A stretch of DNA of 64,000 bases from Candidatus Nomurabacteria bacterium. GTDB taxonomy: Bacteria > Patescibacteriota > Minisyncoccia > Phycocordibacterales > UBA9973. The stretch is taken from positions 6,687 to 70,686 of the forward strand of contig JBPOHQ010000004.1 of assembly GCA_052035405.1 (NCBI GenBank), given 5' to 3'. Of this stretch, positions 1-9,498 are shown in pieces. The translations under genes and the position numbers were made by a program. A model generated the notes under the pieces. It was given only the letters and a program-made list of their open reading frames with translations, did no database searches and was not told where the DNA came from. How positions within the stretch are numbered: position 1 is the stretch's first letter; every line of letters starts with the position of its first letter.

Positions 1-1
1 T

Positions 2-313
2 ACGAGGCATAATATAGAAAAGGTAATAGTCCTACTCTGTCTTGAAGAAAAGTATACTGAAAAGTTAGAACATGACATTAAAGAAGTAGCGTTCAATGAA
101 TTTAGAAAAGAAAAGAAAAGGTTAGATGCCATAAGTAAGAATAATATTGAATTCCAATTCATAAGCAGAAAAGGACTTCTCCAGGATAATATTGATTTTA
201 TCTCTGAACAAAAAGACACCCCGGTGGCTATGATCTTTGCTGGTAAAAAAATGCTTGATTACCACTTGAGTGAGATAAAACAGCTTTCCATTCCTATACG
301 GTTTATCGATTAA
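2..313 (+). CDS. hypothetical protein, C-terminal fragment (5' end outside window)
   Basis: Open frame runs from the window edge to TAA at 311-313 (…KDTPVAMIFAGKKMLDYHLSEIKQLSIPIRFID*). Not in the ORF track because it has no start codon inside the window. Confidence 0.35.
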   Translation, partial: TRHNIEKVIVLLCLEEKYTEKLEHDIKEVAFNEFRKEKKRLDAISKNNIEFQFISRKGLLQDNIDFISEQKDTPVAMIFAGKKMLDYHLSEIKQLSIPIRFID

Positions 314-396
314 AAGAGGTAATGAATTTTTTATTCTTACTGACGCATATTGAGTAAAGAAGGATAATATGGTATCTTTGTAATTGTTTATTGTTT

Positions 397-450
397 TATT
401 GGGAGATCGTCCCTCGGCCGTAGCCTATGGGCGAGGCTAACGGTAGGACA
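397..450 (+). repeat. partial duplicate of the tRNA-Gln 5' end (tattgggagatcgt…ctaacggtaggaca), interrupted at 411-436 by a 26-nt GC-rich palindromic insert
   Basis: 397-410 plus 437-450 are identical to 473-500 of the intact tRNA. The insert is ccctcggccgtagcctatgggcgagg. Confidence 0.7.
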
Positions 451-475
451 TTTTGAAAGTAGTTAAAATAAATAT

Positions 476-546
476 TGGGAGATCGTCTAACGGTAGGACA
501 GAGGCCTTTGAAGCCTTTAATCTAGGTTCGATTCCTAGTCTCCCAG
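476..546 (+). tRNA. tRNA-Gln (anticodon UUG)
   Basis: Cloverleaf read by hand: U1:A72 acceptor tgggaga/tctccca, D-stem gtct/ggac, anticodon stem gaggc/gcctt with loop cuUUGaa, T-arm ctagg-ttcgatt-cctag, discriminator G. CCA not encoded. Confidence 0.8.
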
Positions 547-567
547 CAGATATCGTATGATTTAAAT

Positions 568-1152
568 ATGAATAACGATAATAGGTGGAAAACATATTTT
601 GAAAATACCAAAGACAGCAAACCTAGGCGTTTGCTGGTTGAAGCCATTGGACATGTTAAAGAAAAGAATGAAGCTTTGGATTTAGGTTCAGGAGCATTAA
701 ATGATGTTCGTTATTTAGTATCTCTAGGTTTTAAACATATTACTGCCGTTGATCATGAACCTATTGCAAAAGATATTATTAAACATTTCCCTTCAGACAT
801 TGTGAATTACGTTATTAGTACTTTTGAAGATTTCGAGTTCACTAAAGAAAAGTATGATTTAGTAAATGCACAATTTGCTTTACCTTTTTCACCTCAAGAC
901 ACATTTGAGAAACTATTTGATTCAATTATTTTTTCATTGAAACCAGGTGGTGTATTTACTGGACAATTCTTCGGTATAAGAGACGAATGGAATACTGGCG
1001 ATAAAAATAGAAATTTTCACACAAAAGAGGACGCAGAAAAGTTGCTATCAAAATTGAAAGTTGTTGCTTTTAAAGAAGAAGAGAATGATAAGCCCACAGC
1101 TTCAGGAGTAATGAAACATTGGCACATCTTTCATTTTATTGCTATTAAGTAA
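568..1152 (+). CDS. class I SAM-dependent methyltransferase (TehB-like)
   Basis: Motif I ALDLGSGALNDVRYL and post-I acidic AVDHEP. About 190 aa, typical of small TehB-type methyltransferases. Confidence 0.7.
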   Translation: MNNDNRWKTYFENTKDSKPRRLLVEAIGHVKEKNEALDLGSGALNDVRYLVSLGFKHITAVDHEPIAKDIIKHFPSDIVNYVISTFEDFEFTKEKYDLVNAQFALPFSPQDTFEKLFDSIIFSLKPGGVFTGQFFGIRDEWNTGDKNRNFHTKEDAEKLLSKLKVVAFKEEENDKPTASGVMKHWHIFHFIAIK

Positions 1153-1302
1153 GGTTCCAACATCGTCCCACAATGCCAGCATATCTAAAAAATGTGGCCT
1201 TATGCCATTATTTTTTATATACTTTCTGAGAGCTTGGATGAGAACCGCGGGCCGCAGTCCTCGAAGAGAGGACGAAGGTTTCGAGCACAGTAGTACGAGA
1301 GG

Positions 1303-1321
1303 CGATTCCTAGTCTCCCAGC
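1303..1321 (+). repeat. 19-bp direct repeat of the tRNA-Gln 3' end (cgattcctagtctcccagc), att-like
   Basis: Exact 19/19 match to 529-547. Together with the tRNA it brackets the 568-1152 methyltransferase gene. Confidence 0.75.
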
Positions 1322-1348
1322 TCGTAGGTTTGTTATATAATTAGCTAT

Positions 1349-1531
1349 ATGCAATCAGAGAAAAAATTAAAAGATGGTGAGCGATGTAATGTTGTTGCCG
1401 GAATACATGCGGGCAAATCTGGTGTAGTGAAGGACATCCATACGAGTAAAACTAGTGCTGTAACTATTACCGTCCTACAAGCCAGTGGTGTAAGATTTAA
1501 AACTCTTGCGAAAAACGTCGAGATAGAATAG
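1349..1531 (+). CDS. small KOW-like domain protein, hypothetical
   Basis: GERCNVVAGIHAGKSGVV resembles the KOW motif (GxxVxVIxGKxKG). 60 aa. Confidence 0.35.
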   Translation: MQSEKKLKDGERCNVVAGIHAGKSGVVKDIHTSKTSAVTITVLQASGVRFKTLAKNVEIE

Positions 1532-1619
1532 TTTCAACCTCTTCTCAGAGGTTCAGCAGTCTAATTCAGTTTACAATGTGTATTGTTACAACTGTTTTCG
1601 CCTATGATACAATTCATTA

Positions 1620-2009
1620 ATGAGAAAATTTAAATTCAATAAACTAGTTCGTGATGATATTGCTTTAAATATAGAAAAAAAGGGAGGCAAAGTGATACAA
1701 AAAAAGCTTGATGATTTTGAATTTTTAGAGCAACTCAATTTAAAACTGGTAGAAGAATTTACTGAATATACAAAAGCTAGCAAAGAAGAAATAGTAAGTG
1801 AATTGAGTGATGTCTATGAAGTTTTAGAAAATATTAGAAATACTCTTCATATATCTGAGGCAGAAATAAAAGAAGCAAGAGCGAAAAAAGCAGAGAAAAA
1901 CGGCAGCTTTAAAGATAGAGTATTTATTGATTATATAGAGATAGAAAATAATGACCCATGGCTTCAGTATTATTTAGATAACAAAGACCGTTATCCTGAA
2001 ATTTTGTAG
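1620..2009 (+). CDS. MazG-like / all-alpha nucleoside triphosphate pyrophosphohydrolase
   Basis: N-terminal KLVRDDIALNIEKKG and an EE-rich helical core, typical of the MazG/HisE-like NTP-PPase family. Confidence 0.6.
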   Translation: MRKFKFNKLVRDDIALNIEKKGGKVIQKKLDDFEFLEQLNLKLVEEFTEYTKASKEEIVSELSDVYEVLENIRNTLHISEAEIKEARAKKAEKNGSFKDRVFIDYIEIENNDPWLQYYLDNKDRYPEIL

Positions 2010-2061
2010 CAAGTTTATTTTAAGAGGTTGAGAATCAAACCTCCTGTGATATTATGAAAAT

Positions 2062-2538
2062 ATGATATCAAAAAATACAATTTGTCTTTGGTTTGAAAAA
2101 GATGCCGAAGATGCAGCGAACTTTTATGCTGCTACGTTTCCAGATAGTAAGGTAAATAATATTTTCCATGCACCAAGTGATTTTCCTGGTGGCAAGAAAG
2201 GCGATGTATTAACTGTGGAGTTTACAGTCTGCGGAATTCCTTGTATTGGACTCAACGGTGGCCCTGTGTTTAAGCAAAGTGAAGCTTTTTCTTTCCAGAT
2301 TGCAACGGACAACCAAGAAGAAACAGATAGATATTGGAATGCTATTGTTGGAAATGGTGGAATGGAAAGTGAGTGCGGATGGTGTAAAGATAAGTGGGGA
2401 GTGTCATGGCAGATCACACCACGTACGTTAACTGAAGCACTTCTAATTGGCGGGGAAGAAGCAAAGCGTGCTTTTGACGCTATGATGACTATGAAAAAGA
2501 TAGATGTTGCTGCTATTGATGCGGCACGACAAAGTTAA
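2062..2538 (+). CDS. VOC family protein (PhnB / 3-demethylubiquinone-9 3-methyltransferase-like domain)
   Basis: ICLWFEKDAEDAANFY at the N-terminus and CGWCKDKWGVSWQI at the C-terminus, both characteristic of the PF06983-type family. Confidence 0.7.
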   Translation: MISKNTICLWFEKDAEDAANFYAATFPDSKVNNIFHAPSDFPGGKKGDVLTVEFTVCGIPCIGLNGGPVFKQSEAFSFQIATDNQEETDRYWNAIVGNGGMESECGWCKDKWGVSWQITPRTLTEALLIGGEEAKRAFDAMMTMKKIDVAAIDAARQS

Positions 2539-2557
2539 AGACTAAGTATAAATATCC

Positions 2558-2992
2558 ATGCCAGAGCTAAAAACACAAGTGAATAAGGCGAGTGTGAAGA
2601 AATTTTTAACCACGATAAAAGATGTACAGAAGCGTACAGATTGCACTTTCATTTGTGAAATGATGGAAAAAATAACTAAAGCAAAACCAGAGATGTGGGG
2701 TGCATCAATTGTTGGTTTTGGTCGCAGGAAGTATACCTATGCAAATGGAAAAGTTGCTGAATGGATGGTGATAGGTTTTGCTCCACGTAAACAAAATATT
2801 GCACTCTATGGATTAAAAGTTTTCACTATGACTCATGCTGGTTTAAAAGAAGTGAAAGGAGAAAACGATTTTCTCTTAAAATTAGGTAAGTATAAAGAAG
2901 GCGGAGGGTGTCTCTATATTAATAAACTTTCTGATATCAATACAAAAGAGCTTGAAAAGGTAATTAAACTCGCAGCACGTCGTAATAAATAA
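2558..2992 (+). CDS. DUF1801 (YdhG-like) domain protein
   Basis: Length and pattern (KKFLTTIKD…GASIVGFG…ALYGLK) match DUF1801 family proteins. Confidence 0.5.
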   Translation: MPELKTQVNKASVKKFLTTIKDVQKRTDCTFICEMMEKITKAKPEMWGASIVGFGRRKYTYANGKVAEWMVIGFAPRKQNIALYGLKVFTMTHAGLKEVKGENDFLLKLGKYKEGGGCLYINKLSDINTKELEKVIKLAARRNK

Positions 2993-3000
2993 AAATTTTT

Positions 3001-3252
3001 ATGGCTAAAAAAGAAGTTGTTACTAAACAAATACATGCATTGCCACAGGATTTTAAAAAAGCCTTATGGCAAGTCCCTGAAGTAAAGGCATTATGGGATG
3101 ACATTACACCACTTGCACGAAATGAGTGGATTTGTTGGGTCACTTCTGGTAAGAAAGTAGAGACTAGAAACATTCGTATTGAAAAAGCAATTTCAAAACT
3201 TAGAGGTGGAATGCGTAGACCTTGCTGTTGGGCTGGGTGTCCACATCGTTAA
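3001..3252 (+). CDS. YdeI/OmpD-associated family protein
   Basis: LPQDFKKAL…LWDDITPLARNEWICWV…KKVETRNIRIEKAI pattern of the PF13376 family. Confidence 0.55.
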   Translation: MAKKEVVTKQIHALPQDFKKALWQVPEVKALWDDITPLARNEWICWVTSGKKVETRNIRIEKAISKLRGGMRRPCCWAGCPHR

Positions 3253-3321
3253 ATATCTTGTAAATAGATTATTTCAATGTTTTTTATTATTTTATAAAAC
3301 TATTTTTGCCACATACTAATT

Positions 3322-4125
3322 ATGCGATTACAAAAAGAATCAATTAAATCAGGAATGCATGAGTTTTTGATTTTTGGTTTAAAACAAGCTCAGGCAGCTA
3401 TATTTGCTGGATCTTTTTTTGTCCTTCTTTTTCTTTCGAATCATATTCCGCTTTTTGGGTTAGCTCGATATGATTTTCTTTTTATTGCGGCTGTCATAAT
3501 CCAGGCAGTGCTGTATTTCACTAAACTAGAGACAAAAGATGAAGTGAAAGTGATCTTTTTATTTCACATCATAGGACTTGTTTTGGAGCTATATAAAACA
3601 AGTCCTGGAGTTGGTTCATGGAGTTATCCCGAAGATGCAGTATTTAAAATACTTACGGTGCCACTATATAGCGGATTTATGTACGCAGCGATCGGAAGCT
3701 ATATCAGTCAGTCGTGGAAAATACATAAGTTGGAAATGGTAAACTACTCAAATTACATGCTCAGTGTTTTACTCTGTATTCTTATCTACGTTAATTTTTT
3801 CACTAATCATTATATATATGATTTTCGATATTTCCTTATTGCTGCTGTTTTTATTGTATTTTGGAAAACAAAGGTGTATTTCACCGTCACAAATGTGCGT
3901 CGTTCCATGCCGCTTAATCTCGCGTTTCTTTTGATTGCTTTTTTTATATGGATTGCGGAGAATATTTCTACGTATTTTGGGGCATGGCAGTATCCTAATC
4001 AAGTCCATTCTTGGACGGTGGTCTCTACAAGCAAGATAACCTCTTGGTTTTTAATGGTTATTATTAGCTTTATCTTAGTAGCGTATTTAAAGCATTATAA
4101 GAAAAATATGTTGTCAAAGAGATAA
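3322..4125 (+). CDS. integral membrane protein (possibly DUF817 family)
   Basis: Seven or more hydrophobic segments. Resemblance to DUF817 is by length and pattern only. Confidence 0.4.
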   Translation: MRLQKESIKSGMHEFLIFGLKQAQAAIFAGSFFVLLFLSNHIPLFGLARYDFLFIAAVIIQAVLYFTKLETKDEVKVIFLFHIIGLVLELYKTSPGVGSWSYPEDAVFKILTVPLYSGFMYAAIGSYISQSWKIHKLEMVNYSNYMLSVLLCILIYVNFFTNHYIYDFRYFLIAAVFIVFWKTKVYFTVTNVRRSMPLNLAFLLIAFFIWIAENISTYFGAWQYPNQVHSWTVVSTSKITSWFLMVIISFILVAYLKHYKKNMLSKR

Positions 4126-4166
4126 ATTTTTGTACTTTTTTATTAAAAAGTTATAATATTCGATGT

Positions 4167-5072
4167 ATGGCAAAAATATACAGCAAAGCGTATTTTGGGG
4201 ATAAAATTATTCCTATAGAGGAAGCAAATTTAAGTGTAGCAAGTTCTGCCGTCTTGTACGGACTCAGTATTTATACAGTTTTTCCTGTGGTTACTACCCA
4301 AAACGGTCCTGCAGCATTTAGACTTGAAGATCATTACGAAAGGTTGGTAAATTCAGCAAAAATAATAGGGATAGATACTTTTGAAATTAATTGGGATTAT
4401 GAGAAATTTAAAAATGCAGTAAAAGAATTAGTGCGTGCAAATACACTCGAGCAAAAAGTATTTGTCCGTGCGACAATACATGTCTCTGACCTTGTTGCAG
4501 GCACTCGTTCACGAGGACTCAATACTATTCTCAGTATGTTTATATATGAAGCCAAACCAATAGTCCCTCAAGACGGTGCACGGTTAAAAACGAGCGTCTG
4601 GCGACGAGTGCCCGACTATGCGATACCTTCTCGTGCGAAAGTAAACGGTGCATACGTGAACTCAGTATTAGGGAAACAAGATGCTATTGATAGTGGATAT
4701 GATGATTGTCTTTTCTTAGATAGCTCTGGTCACGTGTGCGAACTTTCCGCGGCAAATATTTTCATTGTTCGAGATGGGGTACTGTACACTCCAGCACGTT
4801 CTAGTGATATCCTCGAAGGAATCAATCGAAAGACCGTGCTCGAGATCGCACAAGAATTACAAATACCGACAGTAGAGGGGACGATTGATCTGACTGAGCT
4901 CTATATTGCTCATGAAGTGTTTGCTTGTGGTACCTCTGCCTTTATTGCACCAGTTAAAGAGATCGATGCTCGAAAGATAGGAGACGGAGAAAATCCCATA
5001 ACTAAACGTATTAAAGAAAAATACGAGCAAATATTTAAAGGGGAAGATCGTACATATCTAACTGCATTATAG
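4167..5072 (+). CDS. class IV aminotransferase (branched-chain / D-amino-acid aminotransferase family)
   Basis: Fold-type IV PLP enzyme pattern: …RLEDHYERL…, …EVFACGTSAFIAPVKEID…. Confidence 0.75.
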   Translation: MAKIYSKAYFGDKIIPIEEANLSVASSAVLYGLSIYTVFPVVTTQNGPAAFRLEDHYERLVNSAKIIGIDTFEINWDYEKFKNAVKELVRANTLEQKVFVRATIHVSDLVAGTRSRGLNTILSMFIYEAKPIVPQDGARLKTSVWRRVPDYAIPSRAKVNGAYVNSVLGKQDAIDSGYDDCLFLDSSGHVCELSAANIFIVRDGVLYTPARSSDILEGINRKTVLEIAQELQIPTVEGTIDLTELYIAHEVFACGTSAFIAPVKEIDARKIGDGENPITKRIKEKYEQIFKGEDRTYLTAL

Positions 5073-5156
5073 TAATTAAAGCCAATAAAACACTTATTTT
5101 ACTATTTAAATAATAAATAATTTTTTGTTTTTATTGATAAATGTTAGTATGTACAA

Positions 5157-6899
5157 ATGAAAACTTTGTATGCATACTTAAAAAAATACTGGAAATTGTG
5201 TTTAGGTGTTCTTGTGCTCGCCGCTATTAATCAAGTTTTTTCTCTGATTGACCCACTTATCTTTCAACGGATCATCGACGAATATGCAACAAAACCTGAG
5301 GCATACAACTCAGCAGAGTTTTTTCATGGAGTGATAAAACTTCTCTTACTTGCTATAGGTATCGTATTTGTTTCTCGGGTCGCAAAGAATTTTCAAGATT
5401 ACTATTTAAACATGGTTACCCAACGCTCTGGGGCTGATATGTATCAGTCTGGAGTGAAACATTCACTACTTTTACCATACGAAGTTTTTGAGGATCAAAG
5501 AAGTGGAGAAACCCTTGGTATATTGCAAAAAGCACGAGCAGATGCTGAAAAATATTTGAATCTTTTAATAAATATTGTTTTCATCTCTGTCATTGGATTT
5601 GTCTTTGTGTCTATTTATGCTGCGACGCTCTACTGGGGTGTAGCTCTCGCGTATGCACTTACCGTACCTGTAGTAGGAGGCCTGAGTTATTTCCTTACTC
5701 AAAAAGTAAAGAAAATACAAAAAGAGATAGTAGGGGAGACAACGGCACTCGCTGGCTCTACGACTGAGTCTTTGAGAAATATCGAGCTTGTTAAAAGTTT
5801 GGGACTTGCTGAACAAGAAATAAATAGACTAAACAATACGACGGGTAAGATTTTGCAACTCGAGTTAAAAAAATTACGATACGTTAGAAGTATCAGCTTT
5901 GTGCAAGGTACGATGATTAACCTGTTGCGTAATGCAATACTGCTATTTCTGTTGTATTTAGTGTTTGTAAAAACAATATCCTTTGGGCAATTTTTCTCAT
6001 TGTATATCTACTCGTTCTATGTTTTTGGACCATTGCAAGAAATAGGTACAGTTATCACAGCGTATCGAGAAGCGGAAGTTTCTATGAATAAATTCAGAGA
6101 AATTATGGATACTCCGATAGAAATAGTACCTAATCACCCAACACACTTGGATAGAGTCGAACAGTTGTCGTTTAAAAACGTCTCCTTTAAATACAAAAAT
6201 GCAAACAATGAAGCTTTGGAAAATATTTCTTTTAATTTGAAAAAAGGAGAGACGATAGCTTTCGTTGGTCCATCCGGATCTGGAAAAACAAGTTTGGTTA
6301 AGTTGCTTGTGGGACTATACCAACCGGTGACTGGGGAGGTTTCATATAATGATATACGTAGTAGGGATATAAACTTAGATGAACTTCGTTCTCAGATTGG
6401 ATTCGTGACTCAAGATACACAACTCTTTGCTGGTACCATAAAAGAAAATTTACTTTTCGTAAATCCAAAAGCAACTGATGAGGAAATGCTTGATGTGCTA
6501 CATAGAAGTGCGTGTGATGGACTTTTGGCACGTGCAGAAAAAGGACTCGATACGACAATAGGTGAAGGCGGAGTAAAAATTTCAGGTGGAGAAAAGCAGA
6601 GACTTTCTATTGCTCGAGCATTGCTGCGTAAGCCGACTATCTTAGTCTTTGATGAAGCGACTTCAGCACTAGACTCAATAACTGAAGAAGAAATCACAAA
6701 AACAGTAAAAGAGCTGTCTTCAAATAACATGCATCTAACGATACTCATTGCTCATAGACTCTCTACTATCATGCATGCAGATAAAATTTATGTGTTAGAA
6801 AAAGGAAATGTAAGTGAGAATGGAAGTCACGCAGAACTCTTGGCACAAAAAGGATTGTATTATGCAATGTGGCGTCAACAAGTGGGAGAACGAGTATAG
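5157..6899 (+). CDS. ABC transporter, fused permease/ATP-binding exporter (MsbA-like)
   Basis: Six-TM N-terminal domain, Walker A GPSGSGKTS, signature LSGGEKQRLSIARAL, Walker B ILVFDEATSALD. Confidence 0.9.
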   Translation: MKTLYAYLKKYWKLCLGVLVLAAINQVFSLIDPLIFQRIIDEYATKPEAYNSAEFFHGVIKLLLLAIGIVFVSRVAKNFQDYYLNMVTQRSGADMYQSGVKHSLLLPYEVFEDQRSGETLGILQKARADAEKYLNLLINIVFISVIGFVFVSIYAATLYWGVALAYALTVPVVGGLSYFLTQKVKKIQKEIVGETTALAGSTTESLRNIELVKSLGLAEQEINRLNNTTGKILQLELKKLRYVRSISFVQGTMINLLRNAILLFLLYLVFVKTISFGQFFSLYIYSFYVFGPLQEIGTVITAYREAEVSMNKFREIMDTPIEIVPNHPTHLDRVEQLSFKNVSFKYKNANNEALENISFNLKKGETIAFVGPSGSGKTSLVKLLVGLYQPVTGEVSYNDIRSRDINLDELRSQIGFVTQDTQLFAGTIKENLLFVNPKATDEEMLDVLHRSACDGLLARAEKGLDTTIGEGGVKISGGEKQRLSIARALLRKPTILVFDEATSALDSITEEEITKTVKELSSNNMHLTILIAHRLSTIMHADKIYVLEKGNVSENGSHAELLAQKGLYYAMWRQQVGERV

Positions 6900-6939
6900 C
6901 TTGTGTAAATTTTCAATTTAGATAATACTGGTATTGTAG

Positions 6940-7869
6940 ATGAAAAAAGAATATAAAATAATAATAGCTGTTTTTGGCCTTGTTGTTATAGGTACAGCTT
7001 TTTATCATAATTTTACTTCGAATAGAACGAACTCTATTTTTAGTAATTCTCAACTTGCTCAAAGTTTGACCCCTGCACAAGTAGAAGAAGTAATACACCA
7101 ACCGGAAATCTCTCTTTTAGGTAAAGCAGAAGTAAGTTACGCCGGAGGCATATTAAATAGAAATAATAATATTGAAATCGGAATAGCAAAGATTAATGGT
7201 ACTGTAGTGCACCCCGGAGAAGAATTTTCTTTTCTTAAGACGCTGGGTCCTGTTTTAGAGAGCTCTGGTTTTAAGGAGGCTAAATCTTTTTATATGGGAG
7301 AAGTAGTACTTGGACTTGGTGGAGGTCTTTGTCATGTTTCTACAACTCTTTTTCAGAGTTTACTGTATGCTGGGCTTCCTATAACAGAGAGACACAACCA
7401 CACGTTTACTGTACCGTATTACAGGATGGGTCTAGATGCTACTATTTCTAGTGTTGGCCCAGATCTTAAATTTATAAATGATACAGGGTACGATATTACA
7501 ATAAACGGTTATACAAAAGACAAGGTAGCGGTATTTGAAATTTATGGAGTAAGTGACGGACGAGAGAGTGTAATCAGTGAGCCAGATTATATTGATTATA
7601 AAGAACCTCCTTCTACGAAATTTATAGCTTCTAGGACTTTACCTGTTGGAGTAAAAAAGTGTGAAAATTCTAGGCAAGCAGGTTTTTCAGTTCGAAGGTT
7701 TTATGAAGTTCTTTATAAAGATGGCACAAGCAACATAACTGAATTTTTGTCAAATTATAAACCATTGGGTCTTACTTGTTTTATTGGGGTAGACAATACG
7801 ACAGACTTTACTGGTTGTACAGCGAAAACCATATATAGTCCAAAGACAGGAGTAAAATGTCCTGTTTAG
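6940..7869 (+). CDS. VanW family protein
   Basis: N-terminal TM, then GLGGGLCHVSTTLFQSLLYAGLPITERHNHTF, a VanW-domain signature. Confidence 0.65.
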   Translation: MKKEYKIIIAVFGLVVIGTAFYHNFTSNRTNSIFSNSQLAQSLTPAQVEEVIHQPEISLLGKAEVSYAGGILNRNNNIEIGIAKINGTVVHPGEEFSFLKTLGPVLESSGFKEAKSFYMGEVVLGLGGGLCHVSTTLFQSLLYAGLPITERHNHTFTVPYYRMGLDATISSVGPDLKFINDTGYDITINGYTKDKVAVFEIYGVSDGRESVISEPDYIDYKEPPSTKFIASRTLPVGVKKCENSRQAGFSVRRFYEVLYKDGTSNITEFLSNYKPLGLTCFIGVDNTTDFTGCTAKTIYSPKTGVKCPV

Positions 7870-7937
7870 CAAGTATCACTTAACTATTGTTATTATAAAA
7901 GTTGTGATAAATATAGTTAAATAATATAATTATAAAT

Positions 7938-8789
7938 ATGAATATAAAAAATTTTTTTAAAAAAATAGGTCTTACCTTCTATTCAAGTAATTTGTATAGT
8001 CAAGCTAGAGATAGGTCTGTTGGTAACGGACTTACATTCTTGCTTAAAGTACTACTTTTTCTATCTTTAATTTTCTCTTTAATTATTTTTTTACTGTATA
8101 TACTTTTTGCTCCAAAAATGGAAAAGCAACTTTTGGATTACGTAGAAAAATCATACCCAAATGATTTAGTTGTAACCATTAAAGATAAAACCTTATCTAC
8201 AAATACGAACGAACCGGTATTTTTCCCTGTAATTGGAGACATGCATCAGTTGAAAAATAATGTAAAACAAAATATTGTTGTACTTGCTCCAAATGAATCA
8301 TCTGCGGACATAGAGTTACTTTCTAAATATGATACCTATATGATAGTAACCTCAAAATCAATTCTTGCCCAAAATGCAGAATCAGAGTTCCGTACTTATT
8401 TATTAAATTATGAAAATGTTGACATTAATAAATCAAAAGTAACTGAGATTGTTATAAAAATATTTAAAACACTTATGCCTGTTGTGCTTATATTTTCTAT
8501 TCCATCATTTTTGTTTATATTAGGTGCTCTTACAATAAAACATCTTGTCACGCTTCTCTTTGTTAGTTTTCTTTTGTATGGCATATTTAAATTTCAAAAT
8601 ATAAATATAACTTATAAACAAGTATATAGGATGGGAGTCTATAGTGTTGTTCCAGTTCTTTTAATTAGTATAATATTATTTCCATTTCACTTAGGAAGTA
8701 CAATGTTAGATGTGTTTATCATGCTTGCTGTGTTACTTTACGTAAACAAAGATCGGCAAGAAGAAAATGCAATTCAACCAGTTGAATAA
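7938..8789 (+). CDS. membrane protein (DUF1189-like)
   Basis: Multi-TM protein with an N-terminus resembling DUF1189. Confidence 0.4.
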   Translation: MNIKNFFKKIGLTFYSSNLYSQARDRSVGNGLTFLLKVLLFLSLIFSLIIFLLYILFAPKMEKQLLDYVEKSYPNDLVVTIKDKTLSTNTNEPVFFPVIGDMHQLKNNVKQNIVVLAPNESSADIELLSKYDTYMIVTSKSILAQNAESEFRTYLLNYENVDINKSKVTEIVIKIFKTLMPVVLIFSIPSFLFILGALTIKHLVTLLFVSFLLYGIFKFQNINITYKQVYRMGVYSVVPVLLISIILFPFHLGSTMLDVFIMLAVLLYVNKDRQEENAIQPVE

Positions 8790-8951
8790 ATATCTAAAGA
8801 TATTCAAGAAAAAGATAATTTTCACGTAAATTAATTTTTTTTGAAATAAATTTTATTCTCATGTGTATTAATATGTGAGAATGAAAGTGTTAAGATCTTT
8901 TATTCTCCCATGCATGGGTATTACACATAGAATCTTAAATGAATTATTGTT

Positions 8952-9386
8952 ATGAAAAAAATGAAAAAGAGAGTTGCCATACCTCTGGCAGCTTTAATTT
9001 TACTGAGCGGTGGTGTAATAGGTGGATATGCTAGTGTTGTCGGTGCACAAGAAAACAGCACTGCTACAAATATTACAGCAAAAAGTACTGCAGAGGGTAC
9101 GTTTCGTAAGGGTGGTAAAGGTTTTGGTTTTCATGGGAAAACTGAACATGGTGTTATGGGTAAAGTGACAGCCGTTAATGGAACAGTAATCACTGTTACA
9201 GATAAAAATGGTGCTACATTTACTGTTAATGCCGAAAGTGCAAAAGTTGAAAAAAGAGTGGTAGGAGTGCTTGGTGATGTAGTTGTAGGTGATTCTATAG
9301 GTGTACATGGTACAGTCTCTGGGAACACCGTTGCTGCTACTCATATAATGGACGACTTGCCATTAGCACCTCCTCAAAAAAACTAA
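8952..9386 (+). CDS. secreted DUF5666 domain protein
   Basis: Signal peptide. Repeated 'GTVTAVNGTVITVTDKNGATFTV…' beta-strand pattern of DUF5666. Confidence 0.5.
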   Translation: MKKMKKRVAIPLAALILLSGGVIGGYASVVGAQENSTATNITAKSTAEGTFRKGGKGFGFHGKTEHGVMGKVTAVNGTVITVTDKNGATFTVNAESAKVEKRVVGVLGDVVVGDSIGVHGTVSGNTVAATHIMDDLPLAPPQKN

Positions 9387-9423
9387 TAAAATAAATCTCA
9401 TACAATAATAAATTTCGACTTAC

Positions 9424-9459
9424 AAAACCCCTTATGTTATAAGGGGTTTTGCTGTTTTT
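9424..9459 (+). terminator. rho-independent terminator
   Basis: aaaacccctta-tgtta-taaggggtttt followed by a T-run. Confidence 0.7.
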
Positions 9460-9498
9460 GAAATAAAAATGATATTAAGGTGTATTATTATTGTATAA

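Noticed and set aside
1241-1302. GC-rich stretch (gagaaccgcgggccgcag…gtcctcgaagagaggac…) as a second tRNA or structured RNA
   Set aside because: It contains a small hairpin (gtcctc/gaggac) but no acceptor or anticodon cloverleaf. Only its last 19 nt match the tRNA-Gln 3' end.
8855-8882. Imperfect palindrome ATTCTCATGTGTAT-TA-ATATGTGAGAAT upstream of the DUF5666 gene as an operator
   Set aside because: Only the outer 7 bp pair perfectly. In AT-rich DNA this is weak evidence with no partner regulator identified.
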